Made by a program: the position numbers and the translations under genes. From Raillietiella orientalis (lineage: Eukaryota): DNA of 64,000 nucleotides. The notes beneath the pieces were generated by a model, which ran no database searches, was not told where the DNA came from, and saw only the letters and a list, made by a program, of their open reading frames with translations. Positions 1 through 11,770 of this stretch are shown here, piece after piece. The stretch is taken from contig JAYWIR010000001.1 of assembly GCA_036172245.1 (NCBI GenBank), positions 9,176,001-9,240,000 on the forward strand, given 5' to 3'. Position 1 is the first letter of the stretch. Every line of letters begins with the position of its first letter.

Positions 1-269
1 TTTTAATGTCTCGCAAGAACATCAGGAATTGGCACCCAGGGACCTCCTTGCCAATTAGACCAAACCAAGCTCGCTTTGCGTAAAGGTTTTTCGGACGTTG
101 CTTGTCCTTCGTTTCCCTTCCGATAGGTGTGAGGACAGCCCTTTGGCTCCATGCACCGATCTTCCTCGGAAAGACCGCAGAGTTGGGGACACACTGAAAA
201 GGCTGCATGGGAGGTCGTGTGGAGAACTGAACTCTCGCAACGTGTAAAGTCACAGACTGAGTGGGAGGT

Positions 270-794
270 TTCACTCTAAAGGAAGTCTGAAAATTTGGAA
301 CGATCTCTTTCTGAAGAGGAAATCAGTGTGAAGTTGAAAGCTGACACACAATGCAGTCGATAACCTGGAAGCATCCCTGAGACTCCATCGACCGTTCCGT
401 CATAGATCAGGCGTGAATCGTTTCTGTTCACTCGAATTTGGGAACATTCTCGATGGTAAGTGCTTGATCTTGACGTAGCCGCGTAAAAAAAAACGATGAG
501 AATGTCTACTTAAACCAGGAAATGACCACGAACCGCAGCATTCTGATGAGCAGATGAACGCAGAAAGAAAACCACGGACTATTGAACTCTCGAAACGTAA
601 AGGAAGCTCCACCGGGTATCGACTTCGAGAACTTCTCACAGCAGTGCGAGACTATTGCATTCCTACCTTCTTCACTGGAAAAGAACCCACATGGGACTGT
701 CCCTCCTAAAGGAAAGGCAAGAAACATTGCACAGCGTTTCCCGAATGACGGCGTGCACTTCTCGCCTTGGATTTTCAAATATGCACTTCTTTAA
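270..794 (+). mobile_element. Possible highly decayed non-LTR retrotransposon RT N-terminal fragments
   Basis: Short translations 'ENLERSLSEEEISVKLK' (~290-340) and 'KEAPPGIDFENF' (~600-635) resemble the RT domain-0 pattern (xxEEEI...APGxDG). No downstream RT motifs were found. Confidence 0.25.
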
Positions 795-3700
795 GTGAAA
801 AGAATGAGATCACTGGGTCCGTGAGGCTCATTCCGCCCTCATAAGTCGCTTGTGTCTGTGGTTTCCCACCTTGAATGACTGGGAACACGACACCTCCAGC
901 TGAAGTTCACAGAAGTTCCCTTGCAGCAAGCTCAGTGTGCAGCAGAGCGCCAAGACGCCAACGTATGATTACTCCCAGTTCACCTAAATTCAGGGTAATT
1001 GCATGAGCGACACCATTAGATATGTTGATTGGGCACAATTTGAATTGCTTATCGAGCAGGCGAGCAAGAATTTATCACTCGCGTAATGTAGCGACTGAGA
1101 TAAAAGACTTTCAGTAATGCTCCACGATATTTAAGAGAGCTTGCAGAGCAGGAAAACATAGAAAGAGAACCACAAGAGACCAGATTGTTTACTACCTGTG
1201 AAAAACCTCCATCTTGTGTTTCCAGCAGCCCCTACGCCGAACTGGTAAGTCTGGTGGGCAAACATAGCATCCAATACTTGGTGTTTGAAATTGGTGGGAC
1301 GTTCACGGTGGTTTCCCTATTGGTTGTTTCGCGCTCCATGCCTACTTTTTTGTGATCCCTTTTGATGCTTTCGTTGGAAACAGTGGTCTCTTATCACGTT
1401 ATAAGAACCGCCAGAGGCGAGAAAATGGATTTCTTTTTCTTTGCACTACCGGAAACACTTCTGGGGTCTTAGCCACCGCGAAAGGGAAACGGCATTCAAA
1501 GCGATCTCGACACAAGGAAACGCTTCTGGACGGTTTGTGCGCGCGTCAGGAAGAGCGGACGATACGACAGGGAGTTTGCAGTTCCTCCACGTCGCTGTTC
1601 AACGGGTTCCTGCCGATAAGGAACGTCCCCTAGCCCCTCCGCAGCCAAGGATTCAGATGCGAAGTCTCTGCCCCCTCATATGCGGTAGTGTGGATTACCT
1701 GCACGAGTTCTTCTCCCGGATGCGGAATCGGTGAGGAAATTTCAAGGGACTCTGCTGCTCCTCATCTTGGGAAGACAGCCATTCCGTCGATTTCCCGACA
1801 GTGCTCCCGTCGATCGCGGAAAGCAGAAATCCTTTCCTTCCGGATGATCCACGCTTGGTCAGAGAACGCGGACGAAGTCAGGAGCTTGGGTGAACCCAAA
1901 GGGTATGAAACATCGCTGTGAAATCTGAAGCAGAAAAACAGGAACTCTCTCCAACTTAGCCGCGGTCCAGAGAGATCCCAACAGCGTCTCTATACAAACG
2001 CATGTTTCAACAGTATCGCACTGTCTCAACTACGGTTTCTTGCAGACGCATTCGGGAAGCAGGGGTTGAGACTCTCCCAGAAAGCGGTCTCGATGCTGCC
2101 GTTGAGTGATTTACCGCCTGCACTTTTGATGCTGGGCAGGAGTGCCGTCACTACCAGAGGAGTCGTTCTGGAAGCTCTCCCCCTCTAACTCTGGTTAACT
2201 GCTCCACGATTTCGTTTGATGCATGAGAAGAGATACTCGGCTGAGCTCGAAGTTTCTGCTCCATCGCTTGCAGAGATCTCGAGACTCTTTCGTTGCGATG
2301 GTTCTTGCAGATGTGGAACTGTGTCTGCAGGCATGGAGGAAACCTCTGCTCTGCTGCGGGTCCCGTTTCTCTCTGTCAAAGTTTCAATTCCTTTCGTTTC
2401 TTGCGTGGAGCCCAAGTCTCTAGCTGTTTCCTTATCTCCAGTTAAAATGGCCAGTGAGGTGCAGGCCTACCTGGATCGTAGGAGTTCACTGACACCGAAT
2501 GCAAGCCTCCGTACTTGGTAGGAAGAAGAGCATTTCTGAAAGCTCCTGGTGACCGTTCCTCGAAGCGGAAGGATCATCACACCAAGAGATGAGAACATCC
2601 TTATCAACATCCGCACTTATCCAGCAAATGTGCCACCTCTTCCTTTTCTTCCTTGTTCATTCGTTTCCATTTGAATTCCATTTACAAACTCCATCCGTTT
2701 TTCATTAGTGAGATTGTTGAATTCCATATTTCTCTTTCACTCTTGCATCGCACCAGTTGAGACTCTTGAAGGGACACTATGGAAGTTTGAGAATGGAGCT
2801 ACTGCTTCTGACATCTCTGCTGCGAGTTTTGCTGCCATGTAGTTCCTTTTCAAGACCGATTGGTCACCATCTCTGTGTCTGATTGCATTGATAAATATTA
2901 ATTTTCTTCAAGAGGCTGCCATTGATTTGGTCACGTGAAAGACTGATGTTTCTCTGTATGTGAATGTACAAAAGACCTGCTGATCCATGATTTTAGAAGT
3001 TCCGAAATCATGAAATAATTTGCATCATTCCACGGAAAGAACTAGGAAGATAACGTGCAGAGTTTCGACGTTCGACGAGTCAGTAAATAGGACACAGAAA
3101 TTCCTTTCGGTTTGGAGATAAGTTTCCTTTTGACCTGTTTCTACCGTTCCTGTTGATAGGACAACTGAGATTCCTGCGGCTTACGTAATGTGGTTCTCCA
3201 CGGATACTTGGTTGCATCAAGAATATGAAAAATAGAAGTATGCTGGAGAAATGCAAGCTGATTAAAATGCAAGATTGAATTACAAAGAATGTAGAAAATA
3301 ACCATGTTATGTGTAGCTCGATCTATTAATAATAACCACCATCGATTGCTTCTTGTTTTTATGTACCCTCTATCTAATATTGTGGGTATTGTGAGAAAAC
3401 AGTGTGCAGCTTCTCTGATGTTGTCAATGACATTTGAATCCCCCATCTCCTAATTCTTTTGCAAGCTCATACAAATGAACCAACTTCCAATCTCATGTAG
3501 AGTTGTGCTCGCGGAAAATGATGTAATAAACATGTCGAGTTTTTTCCTGTGTGTGAAAATGCTGAAAGATCAGCGAAAATATAGCCATTCTCCATAAACG
3601 ATTTGGGTCCACAACTAAACTGCTGAGACAGAATACCTACTAGGATTCGGATCTTGGGAGTTCAGAAGGTGGAATAACTGTGATCCGCTGAAATTGATCA

Positions 3701-4628
3701 CCACATGTCATTTTTATTTGTCTCGTTCAGCCATGCAAGGCGATTGCATGAAGGTCCAATAGCCAGCTTTTAGTTGTTCCTTGGATACCGTTTCTCTGTT
3801 AGGTAATCTATCATTCCATCGCTAAACTTGGAAAACCCAAAAACTAGAGACGAAAAGTTTAGCTCTTCTTCACGACATGAGGCAGCAACGGAAACGAAAC
3901 AGAGGAACAAGAGAAAGAGCACGAGCCGAAAAAGGCAGAATAAATGGGATTCGATTTGAATTCTGTGATTGCTTAAAGACACAGTTCAATGAATTTTAAA
4001 CTGATCCGTTTACTTTGAGTTCAAGAGCGATAAATGATGCACACAGTTCCTTAAAGTTAATACTACTCGTACTTATGGGGACAGTCTTCATGAATCTGCA
4101 AAATGTCTAATTATTCCGAAACGTAGTGGTCCACTTTTAGACAAACTGACGTGTAACGGTACAAACCATTACACATTCTAACAGTTCATAGCATTCCTAG
4201 GAAAGCTCTCATGTATCCCAATATCGCAAGCATTGCTCCCTTGGAATGTAGAAAATTTATAACGAGACACAGAAAACTTTGCTGTGAATGTAAAAAACAA
4301 ACAAAAAGTTGAGCGCACCTCGTGTCGAAGTGCATCTCAGCTTTGTGAAAGCACCACTTTCAAGTGCTTCAAGATGTCTAGATTGGTCCTTCGTCTTTGT
4401 TCTAGAGAAACGGAGACTTGTCTCCAGATAAACTAGAAGACCTTTTGGAGGTCTTGAGACTCTACGAAAAGAAAAGAAAAAGTTCTATTATGTCTGCATA
4501 CTCCATTTATGCTTGTCGATATAAATGAGTAAAGTATTGAGAAAGAACGTTGACTAACAAGTTCTCGTAGACAGTTCCACGTCCGTTTCTGCCTACATTT
4601 GATCGCCTGTGAGAAGATTCTTAGAACC

Positions 4629-6686
4629 ATGTCACCTTGGATCTTCATGATTCTCATTAGCGGAATAGTACCGAGTTCCGTATCTGTGAGTATTAAATGG
4701 AGGAGGAGATGACTTAATTTGTATCATTCTGTGTAGGGGAGGAATGGACGCCAAAGTGTTCCAATCAAAGTGTTTTTTGAATCTCTTTGTCCATATTCAG
4801 TTAGATTATTCCAAAAGCAGTTGGTTCCAATTGATGAATTATTTCCTGAGGTACTCCACTACAACTTCAACCCAGTAGGATGGGCCAAGGTACATTCATA
4901 ATTAACATAATTACTTCCTCCTGAAATTCTTGAAAGATGAAATACTTTTCCATAATAAGTCAGATGAGGTTGAAGAATCGGAATGTTCTGTTTCCGAACT
5001 TATCGGCAACCAACAAATGTCTATTCCTTAATATGAGTTCGATTCTGTACTTGGCAAGAGCCTTTTTTCTCGCACCTCATCAATGATTTTTCCGTATTTT
5101 GCTTGTCGCGACGGACATACGATGTGATTAACCGTTTGTTTTTTGAGAAGCAACAAGTGATGTTTTCTCTTCTCCTGTAGTTTTCTGGAGAGGAAGACCA
5201 GCTCACGGTCACGTGCCAACATGGAAACAACGAATGCATTGGAAACAAATTCATAGCCTGTGGCACGGAACTAGCGCAGAATAATTCTCAGAATAAAGAA
5301 TTCGTGTTCTGTATGATGATCAGTGCCTCGGCGCACCATCCAAGCACTCTTGCAGAGGTAAGCCCGACAGTGGGAGAAGGCCCGATCGTACCACCTTTCG
5401 CCCCAGGCGAGATTCCGAGATTTGAGCCCACGTGCTCTGTGAAAATCATTCGTTCCCGAATCAGTTTAGAGTGGGTTTGCAAACAAGGACCTAGGAATCC
5501 CCCATCTACTTCCTACTGTTTTTCTCCTTGTAATATTGTATTTTTTCTGAGAGTAAACGTACCATCAGTATATGCAGCCTTCAATAACGAGGAGATCCAT
5601 AAGGGTTGAATTGAATGAATACTTACTTCTTATCGCCCTAGATATTCATGGATTCATAGAGTAGGTTCCAATTTACTGTCTGTGCAGAATTGTAGACTGA
5701 TTCGGGGAACAATAATTATAAATTGCATTTTATCATCATTGAATTACGTACGTTTATCAATAACGTATGTACAGGATCCTGTGATTTGGGTCTTCCCCGA
5801 ATAGTGCCAATTATGATTCATTCTGTAAGCACGAAACATCTTAAGGTCTCATTAATTGGAGAAATTAATTGGGTGTGACATAAATGACAAGGTTCCTCTA
5901 GAGGTTCTTCAAGAGCAGTGTGCTACCAATCTCGGAATCACATCATTCATGGAGTGAAATCAGTTCTTGTGCTCCCAGGAGTCTCGTTCCTTCAGAAAAC
6001 GGAACTTCATTTTTTTTACTTATATTCTGGTTACAATAGCGAATAAGCTTCATTCATCTCTGGCTTTTGAAAAAGGTTAAGATAATTGCAAGATCTTCAG
6101 TTTCAGCATGTTCCTTATTCTACTTGGTATGTACAAATAAAAAAAAATCCGGCATCTACCAGCATGCCGAAACTATAGGAGATTCACAAAAAAAACACCT
6201 CGTTGAATATGTGCTACTTTCATTGAGATTTAATAACAATAAGGAAAAAAAAGATGTCTGTGCACGGTTCTTTTTTTCTTTTTAATTTTTCCTTGGTAGT
6301 TTTTCTTTTCCTTAGTAGTTTTTTCTTGTCCAGTGTTCATCAGCCTCAGGACTAAACCCAACAGAGGTGCAACAGTGCTCTGATGAGAGAGGGACTTTGC
6401 TGTTGAAGAAATACAAAGTTGAAATGGATGCATTTGTTCCCAAAATAAAGGGCATCCCCAGGCTCGCAATCGGTCAGGTATGTAACTAACCAAGATCAGC
6501 AAACCCTACCTGCTGAATGATGGTCAGGAAGAAAAGGTATTGCTGAGATCAGAAAGTTTGAGAGAAGCTGTATGCAATGAGCTGAACAAATTGAGAGTTT
6601 CACATGACGCATGTGAAGTCTCTGACCGTCATGTGATTCCTCCAATACCTGATGAAGAGTGTTTTGAAGAAGGCAGATACGTGTAA
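4629..6686 (+). CDS. GILT/IFI30-like gamma-interferon-inducible lysosomal thiol reductase (~229 aa, 5 exons)
   Basis: Exons 4629-4685 (signal-peptide-like MSPWIFMILISGIVPSSVS), 4737-4889 (VFFESLCPYS active site), 5181-5357 (signature CQHGNNECIGNKFIAC), 6334-6477 and 6528-6686 (LREAVC...C, TAA). All introns are GT-AG, phase 0; total 690 nt in frame. The ORF track misses this gene. Confidence 0.88.
5919..5975 (+). pseudogene. Decayed duplicate of GILT exon 4 inside intron 3
   Basis: cag|tgt gct acc aat ctc gga atc aca tca... reads CATNLGITS. Removing a 4-nt 'tcat' duplication continues it as WSEISSCA, paralleling the functional exon 4 start CSSASGLNPTEVQQCS. Confidence 0.45.
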
Positions 6687-8271
6687 TACAGGTAGGGAGG
6701 GCTAAGGCATGCAAAATTCGTTAACAGAACAATCAATAACTTTCGTAAAGCTTTAGTAACCATCCCAAGATTCCTGCACTTGTCTGCATCCTTTTATTTA
6801 AAAAAATAAAAGAGAAGCAGGAGGAATAGCACTGCCAGTTGATGTGAAAACCAATGCTGTTTCAAAGACTTTGGCATTAGTTCGGCAAACTTAAGCACTT
6901 CCTTCTGTATTGTCATCAGTAAAAAATCGAATCCTCAAATAGTGCAGAAAATATTTACTTGCTAAAACAACAAAGTTGGTTGATGGTTCTCCTGAATTGA
7001 ATACACGAGTTGGCAAATAAATGTATCAAGTTTGCACAAGTACTCACAAAGTATGTGTTAATTCATTAACACTTCATTGCAATAAGTTTGAAAAAGTGTA
7101 ATGATACTGGATAACTGGACCCACAGGACTTCTCATAAATTCATCAGTTGTCACCTACCTTTCCTCATCTCAACACAGCAGTGTGTTAAGAATGCTTGTG
7201 TTCATGCTTCAGTACTGATGCCAATCCCACCCTCCAGCCTCTTCCAACCCATCATCACTTGCTGTCACTGAGAAGTACATTGCACATTGCTCTTTACACA
7301 TTGTTAGGATAGGATTGCCACAAATCTCCAGAAGGCCTTTCTAGATCCAGCTTGAAGGTTTTCGCACCATGTCACAAATAGCATCCTGCCAATGGTTTGC
7401 AATGTGCTTTCCTCATATCACCTATGCCTTTCTACACTTCTATTTTGAATTGCATTCCTTCACGATCGATCCTTATTTTGAATCTGTATTTTGATATTTA
7501 TTTTAATCTTCTTTATTTTGAATCTCATTTCATAGCATTTCATGCGAACAGACAGATCGTTTCTATGCTAAAGAGCTTTCAATTATTCCACGAGGACAGG
7601 CATTCCAAACTACACTATTGTACAGCTGAGCATTCTTTCAATGGTCTCTTCATACCCTCTCAAAGTCTTCAATCTAAAGTAACAGTACAATGTTCATTGT
7701 GGCACGTGATTCGAAATCATGGTATCATTCCAATTGAGAGAACAGTTTCTTCAAACTGCTCCTCTCAAATGCGTTTTCATGACTTATATCCTTTAAAAAA
7801 AACTGGTACTTAAGTACGCTGAACCACTAACTTCGAAAGCAATGGAAAGTACGAATAACTGTTGACAATTAAAGATAGAAACCCTGAGATTCAAGTAATA
7901 TGCTAGAAACTGGGTGCAATGGTTAAAAACAAATATTCTGAAGCCAAGCCTAGAAAATACTTTGCATTGTTATAGAAACATGCTCTTGAGCAAATATTTC
8001 AAAATAGAATTCTCGTTTATTTCAAACCGAAAAAATGCTTAAATAAACAGGGGAATCAAAATGCACATCTTTTTCTGAGTGCACAGGTGTACCAATCCAT
8101 GAACATGAATTCATGAATACATGAGCAATTGCCAAAAAAACACCACTGTACACACTTTCACGTTCTAACCACTGATTTGCAAGTACATGTAACCTACAAT
8201 ATGTAACTAACAAATGCTTGTATTGCTTATAAGTTATATTAATCTACTTAATATATGAAAAATGTAAGCAT

Positions 8272-9508
8272 TTATGTCAGGCATGAACAGCCAATGGGGA
8301 GAACTTGTCTTATGCTGATGTTAATTCGACTAGATTGCAAGTATTCATGCATAAAATCATCTAAAGGATCATTACTGCAATCTTCCAGCCATGGAGAACT
8401 GGAACTTGGGACAATTCTTAGATCATATGTTAAAATAGCATATTTTCTAAAAAACATACTTAGGTACTGCATGATAAGCAACTCTGCTTTCTCCACTAAG
8501 CAACAATACATCTCCACTATGCAATCGAAGAAGTGTAGGTACTTTCTCCAAATTATCTCCTCCTATCAGAAACAGGGCATCTTGTCCCATACTGAAAATG
8601 CAACAATGATTGTTGGCAGTATTAAATGGATGTCACAACTGTTAGAATACCTGATAGTGATCAATGGGGATGATAAATTGAGCTCTGAATTGTCAACATG
8701 AGGACCAAGCACACTACCAGGAGGATACAAATTTATAATCACTGCTTCAGCTTTGAATGGAAAGCCAAGAGCAGATGCAAAGCAAGAAGCTAATTTACTT
8801 AGTTCAGGGGGAACTGGACTTTTGGCTGATTCTGAATATATCTGACACACAATTTTTTTGGATGCTGATAAGATACTGTGCAAATCATACTTTTGCATCC
8901 CAATCATATTGGTACCCTAATGTTATCCATCTTAATTTATTAAATTGCTTCAAACCAAGTTTCTTTCTAAAATTGGAAAAGAGGATATTGCAAATGCATG
9001 AAGAACTACATTACTCTTGGCAGTACTTCCACCAGGGCACACTACCATTCCAATCAGGTACCTGGCTTATCAAATTGTTCATGTGAGGTTTCATGGTGTA
9101 TGCATGTAAACATTTTCTTATAAAATATCGTTGTGCTCTCGAAGTAAATGCATTTAAAATTACGAATAAACCTAATACATAAAGAAATAATAATCAAAAC
9201 GTGGAACTGATCAACGCTCAATCATAAGTTTTTTTACTGGAATTGGAAGTACGGTGTTTCTTTCACTACGCTATTACAATACCTTCTGCTGCAATTTGTT
9301 TATTAAATGTATAAATTTGCCAATCTTTGGGCCATTTCAAATTCAAATCTTGTGAAAGCGCTTGAAAATTTTCAAATTCAACCCTGTTTATTTCATTCTT
9401 CGAAAGAGCATCCTGAATTACGGATGCCTGATGAAAATCATATAATTTCAGGGGAGAATCACTTTTACGCAAAATTTTGAAATGTGCTCTAATTCCGAAA
9501 GATGTCAT
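8272..9508 (-). CDS. ALKBH1: Nucleic acid dioxygenase ALKBH1 (~308 aa, 6 exons)
   Basis: Exons 9508-9283, 9171-9015, 8966-8891, 8841-8651, 8591-8460, 8416-8272 (927 nt, in frame). Motifs: LRWITLGYQYDW, AEAVIINLY, LGPHVDNSE (HxD), SGDVLLLSGESRVAYHAVP, RINISIRQV. Confidence 0.92.
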
Positions 9509-11013
9509 TTTAAAACTGCAGGTTTGCTAAAATTAGATAGTTCGACTGTAGTGACATTTATTCAAGGCTTCAAAGCATTACCTGTTAATTTCCTATAACT
9601 GATTTCATGGACGCTCGAGAACTACCAACAAAATCATTACAACGTAAAATCTGTGCACTCCAAATTTTTGTGGAACTAAAAATTGCTTATTGACAGTATT
9701 TTGAAACGCTCCATTAGCACAACAAGCAGATGAACAGTGCAGCACGTTTACTTACGTCCTCGGTTTGCAGGAGCCTCAGCAGCCCTTCATTTAGTACATT
9801 ACTTAGGCGCGCCAAGTGCAGTTTTCCTTTAATGCCTTCGATGCTTCCAGTGCAAAGTGAAAACCAGTCAACTGAAAGAATAAACACCGACTTATTTAGA
9901 AGAGAAAAAAGAGTCGTGAAACATAAAAGGAAATCTTTGTTTATCTTTCAAAAGAAGCATTTGTAAACAGTTGGTAATGTTCTGTTCTGTAACGGATTTT
10001 TACCGGTTTCATTTCAGCTAGAATCTTTCCTTACTTTAATTCTACCATCTCTTCCTCCTAAAGAAGTGTTTCAGTTTTCAAATAGTCAGCTGCCTTGTTC
10101 TCTGTAGGCTGCACAGCTGTTTAGATAGATAGCCAAATAGATTTTTTTTTTTTTTCTACAGAACAAGTCTATTCATTGTAATCTAATTTTTGTGAAGAGT
10201 AAAGAGATCACTGGAAATGAAAAATTGGATGTAAATGACTCAAACCCCTGAACTTTCAAAAAGACTTTTCTTATTTCAACAGTACTTTTACACTTAGACT
10301 GTGCTTTGATATGATGCTGCATATATTTAAGAAATGTGAAATGATTAAGTACTGATATAATCCTGTTCTCTTCACATTGGAAATTTAACAAAAAAGAAGT
10401 GCTCCCTTGCTGTTGTGTTAAAATAAGTTATAGTTATAAAAATCGGGATTTTTCGAGATCACTACGGTCTGCCTATGGGGACAACATTTCGAAGTAAAAA
10501 AAAGTTTTCAAAACATTCAGGAAATCATCTGTCGTTGCTTGTTTTCAATGAGAAAGGATTGGCATTTTGGGTTACAATCTATGAATGCATACTTCACTTG
10601 ATTTTCTAGAAGGAAACCTAACAAAATCTGACTATTATTTCACCATGCATTTAATATTTTGTATAGAATTTCAACAATATGTCAGAGATGGTTGTATCAC
10701 TTTGCTATCAATGTAATTTTCAAATTTCAAGGGGAAGGAATTTCAGGTGATTAGTAGCATTCCTGATTTCTAACAGTTCTATTCATCATCGGAGGATAGA
10801 CATCAGATTCAATAAAATACATTGTTTTCTGTGTTGACAGTACTTTTTCACTCAGTCCAGAGTTGTCTCACTTGAGCATACAGATAATGTGGGAAGTTTT
10901 CCGACAGATGGCATATACAGGATTATTTCATAAGTCATCGATTGTTAAGAAGACTTATTTTAGTGAACCAATGTAAACCATTTAGCGATCAATATATTCA
11001 CGACTTCCAAATT

Positions 11014-11060
11014 GAAGATTATTAGATTATTAAAGATTATTAAAAGATTATTAAAGATAT
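11014..11060. repeat. Short tandem repeat, ~10-bp unit (AAGATTATTA)
   Basis: gaagattattagattattaaagattattaaaagattattaaagatat. Confidence 0.7.
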
Positions 11061-11682
11061 AGGAAACACGCATGAATTTGTCATCCTTCCTTTAATTTCA
11101 ACTATTTCATAATCAAAGAGCGTTTGTGGGATGCAAGGATATGGCATATTCTATTTGGAAATTCAAAGGTCTTTAGCTAAAGAGAGCAAGCAAACGTCGA
11201 GAAAACAAGCAATAACGAATGCATGCAAGAAATATTCTTTGGATTTGGCTTTAAAGTCTTAAAATGAAAATTAAGTGTACAGGACTTCCCTTGAATACCC
11301 ATTTACTTGAAAAATGCTAAGAAAAGGAACTGAATGACGTTGGATAGTTAAGGAAATTAATGATCTAATTTATCTGTGGAATAGTCTCGCCTAGTCTTTA
11401 AACGTCTAGAGTTGAAATGTGTGCAAACAAATCTGATATAATGAATACCAAACAAAAAAAAGCGTTCTTAAACAGGCATTATTCATTTTTTACTCAAAAT
11501 AAGTGCACACAATCTTTGCAAACATCCTGCGGTCTATGTAATGAATAAAAACACTGATTTAGTCCTGCTCTTCGAGAATCTGAGAAAGTTCAGTGTGACT
11601 AACCAAACAATAGACTTATCCCCCAGTTACATCATAATATCCCGAAAATGTGATCTGAATATGATCAAAGCTATATATGGAG

Positions 11683-11770
11683 CTGATTTTCAATTGATTT
11701 GAAAATTGACTGATTGATTGGATTGATTTGAATTGAAAAATTGATTGAATGATTGATTTGAATTTGATTT
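11683..11770. repeat. Degenerate (GATT/TTGA)n low-complexity repeat
   Basis: Repeated ttgatt/gattgatt/ttgaat words across ~90 bp. Confidence 0.65.

Noticed and set aside
1352..2640. Several overlapping 66-101 aa ORFs in a GC-richer block
   Set aside because: No recognisable motif or consistent splice structure. Possibly decayed transposon sequence, but not supportable.
3141..3446. 101-aa ORF containing TIPTILDRGYIK, reminiscent of type IA topoisomerase; also considered as an endogenous viral relic
   Set aside because: Only a short word matches, surrounding frames are broken, and no other family motifs are present.
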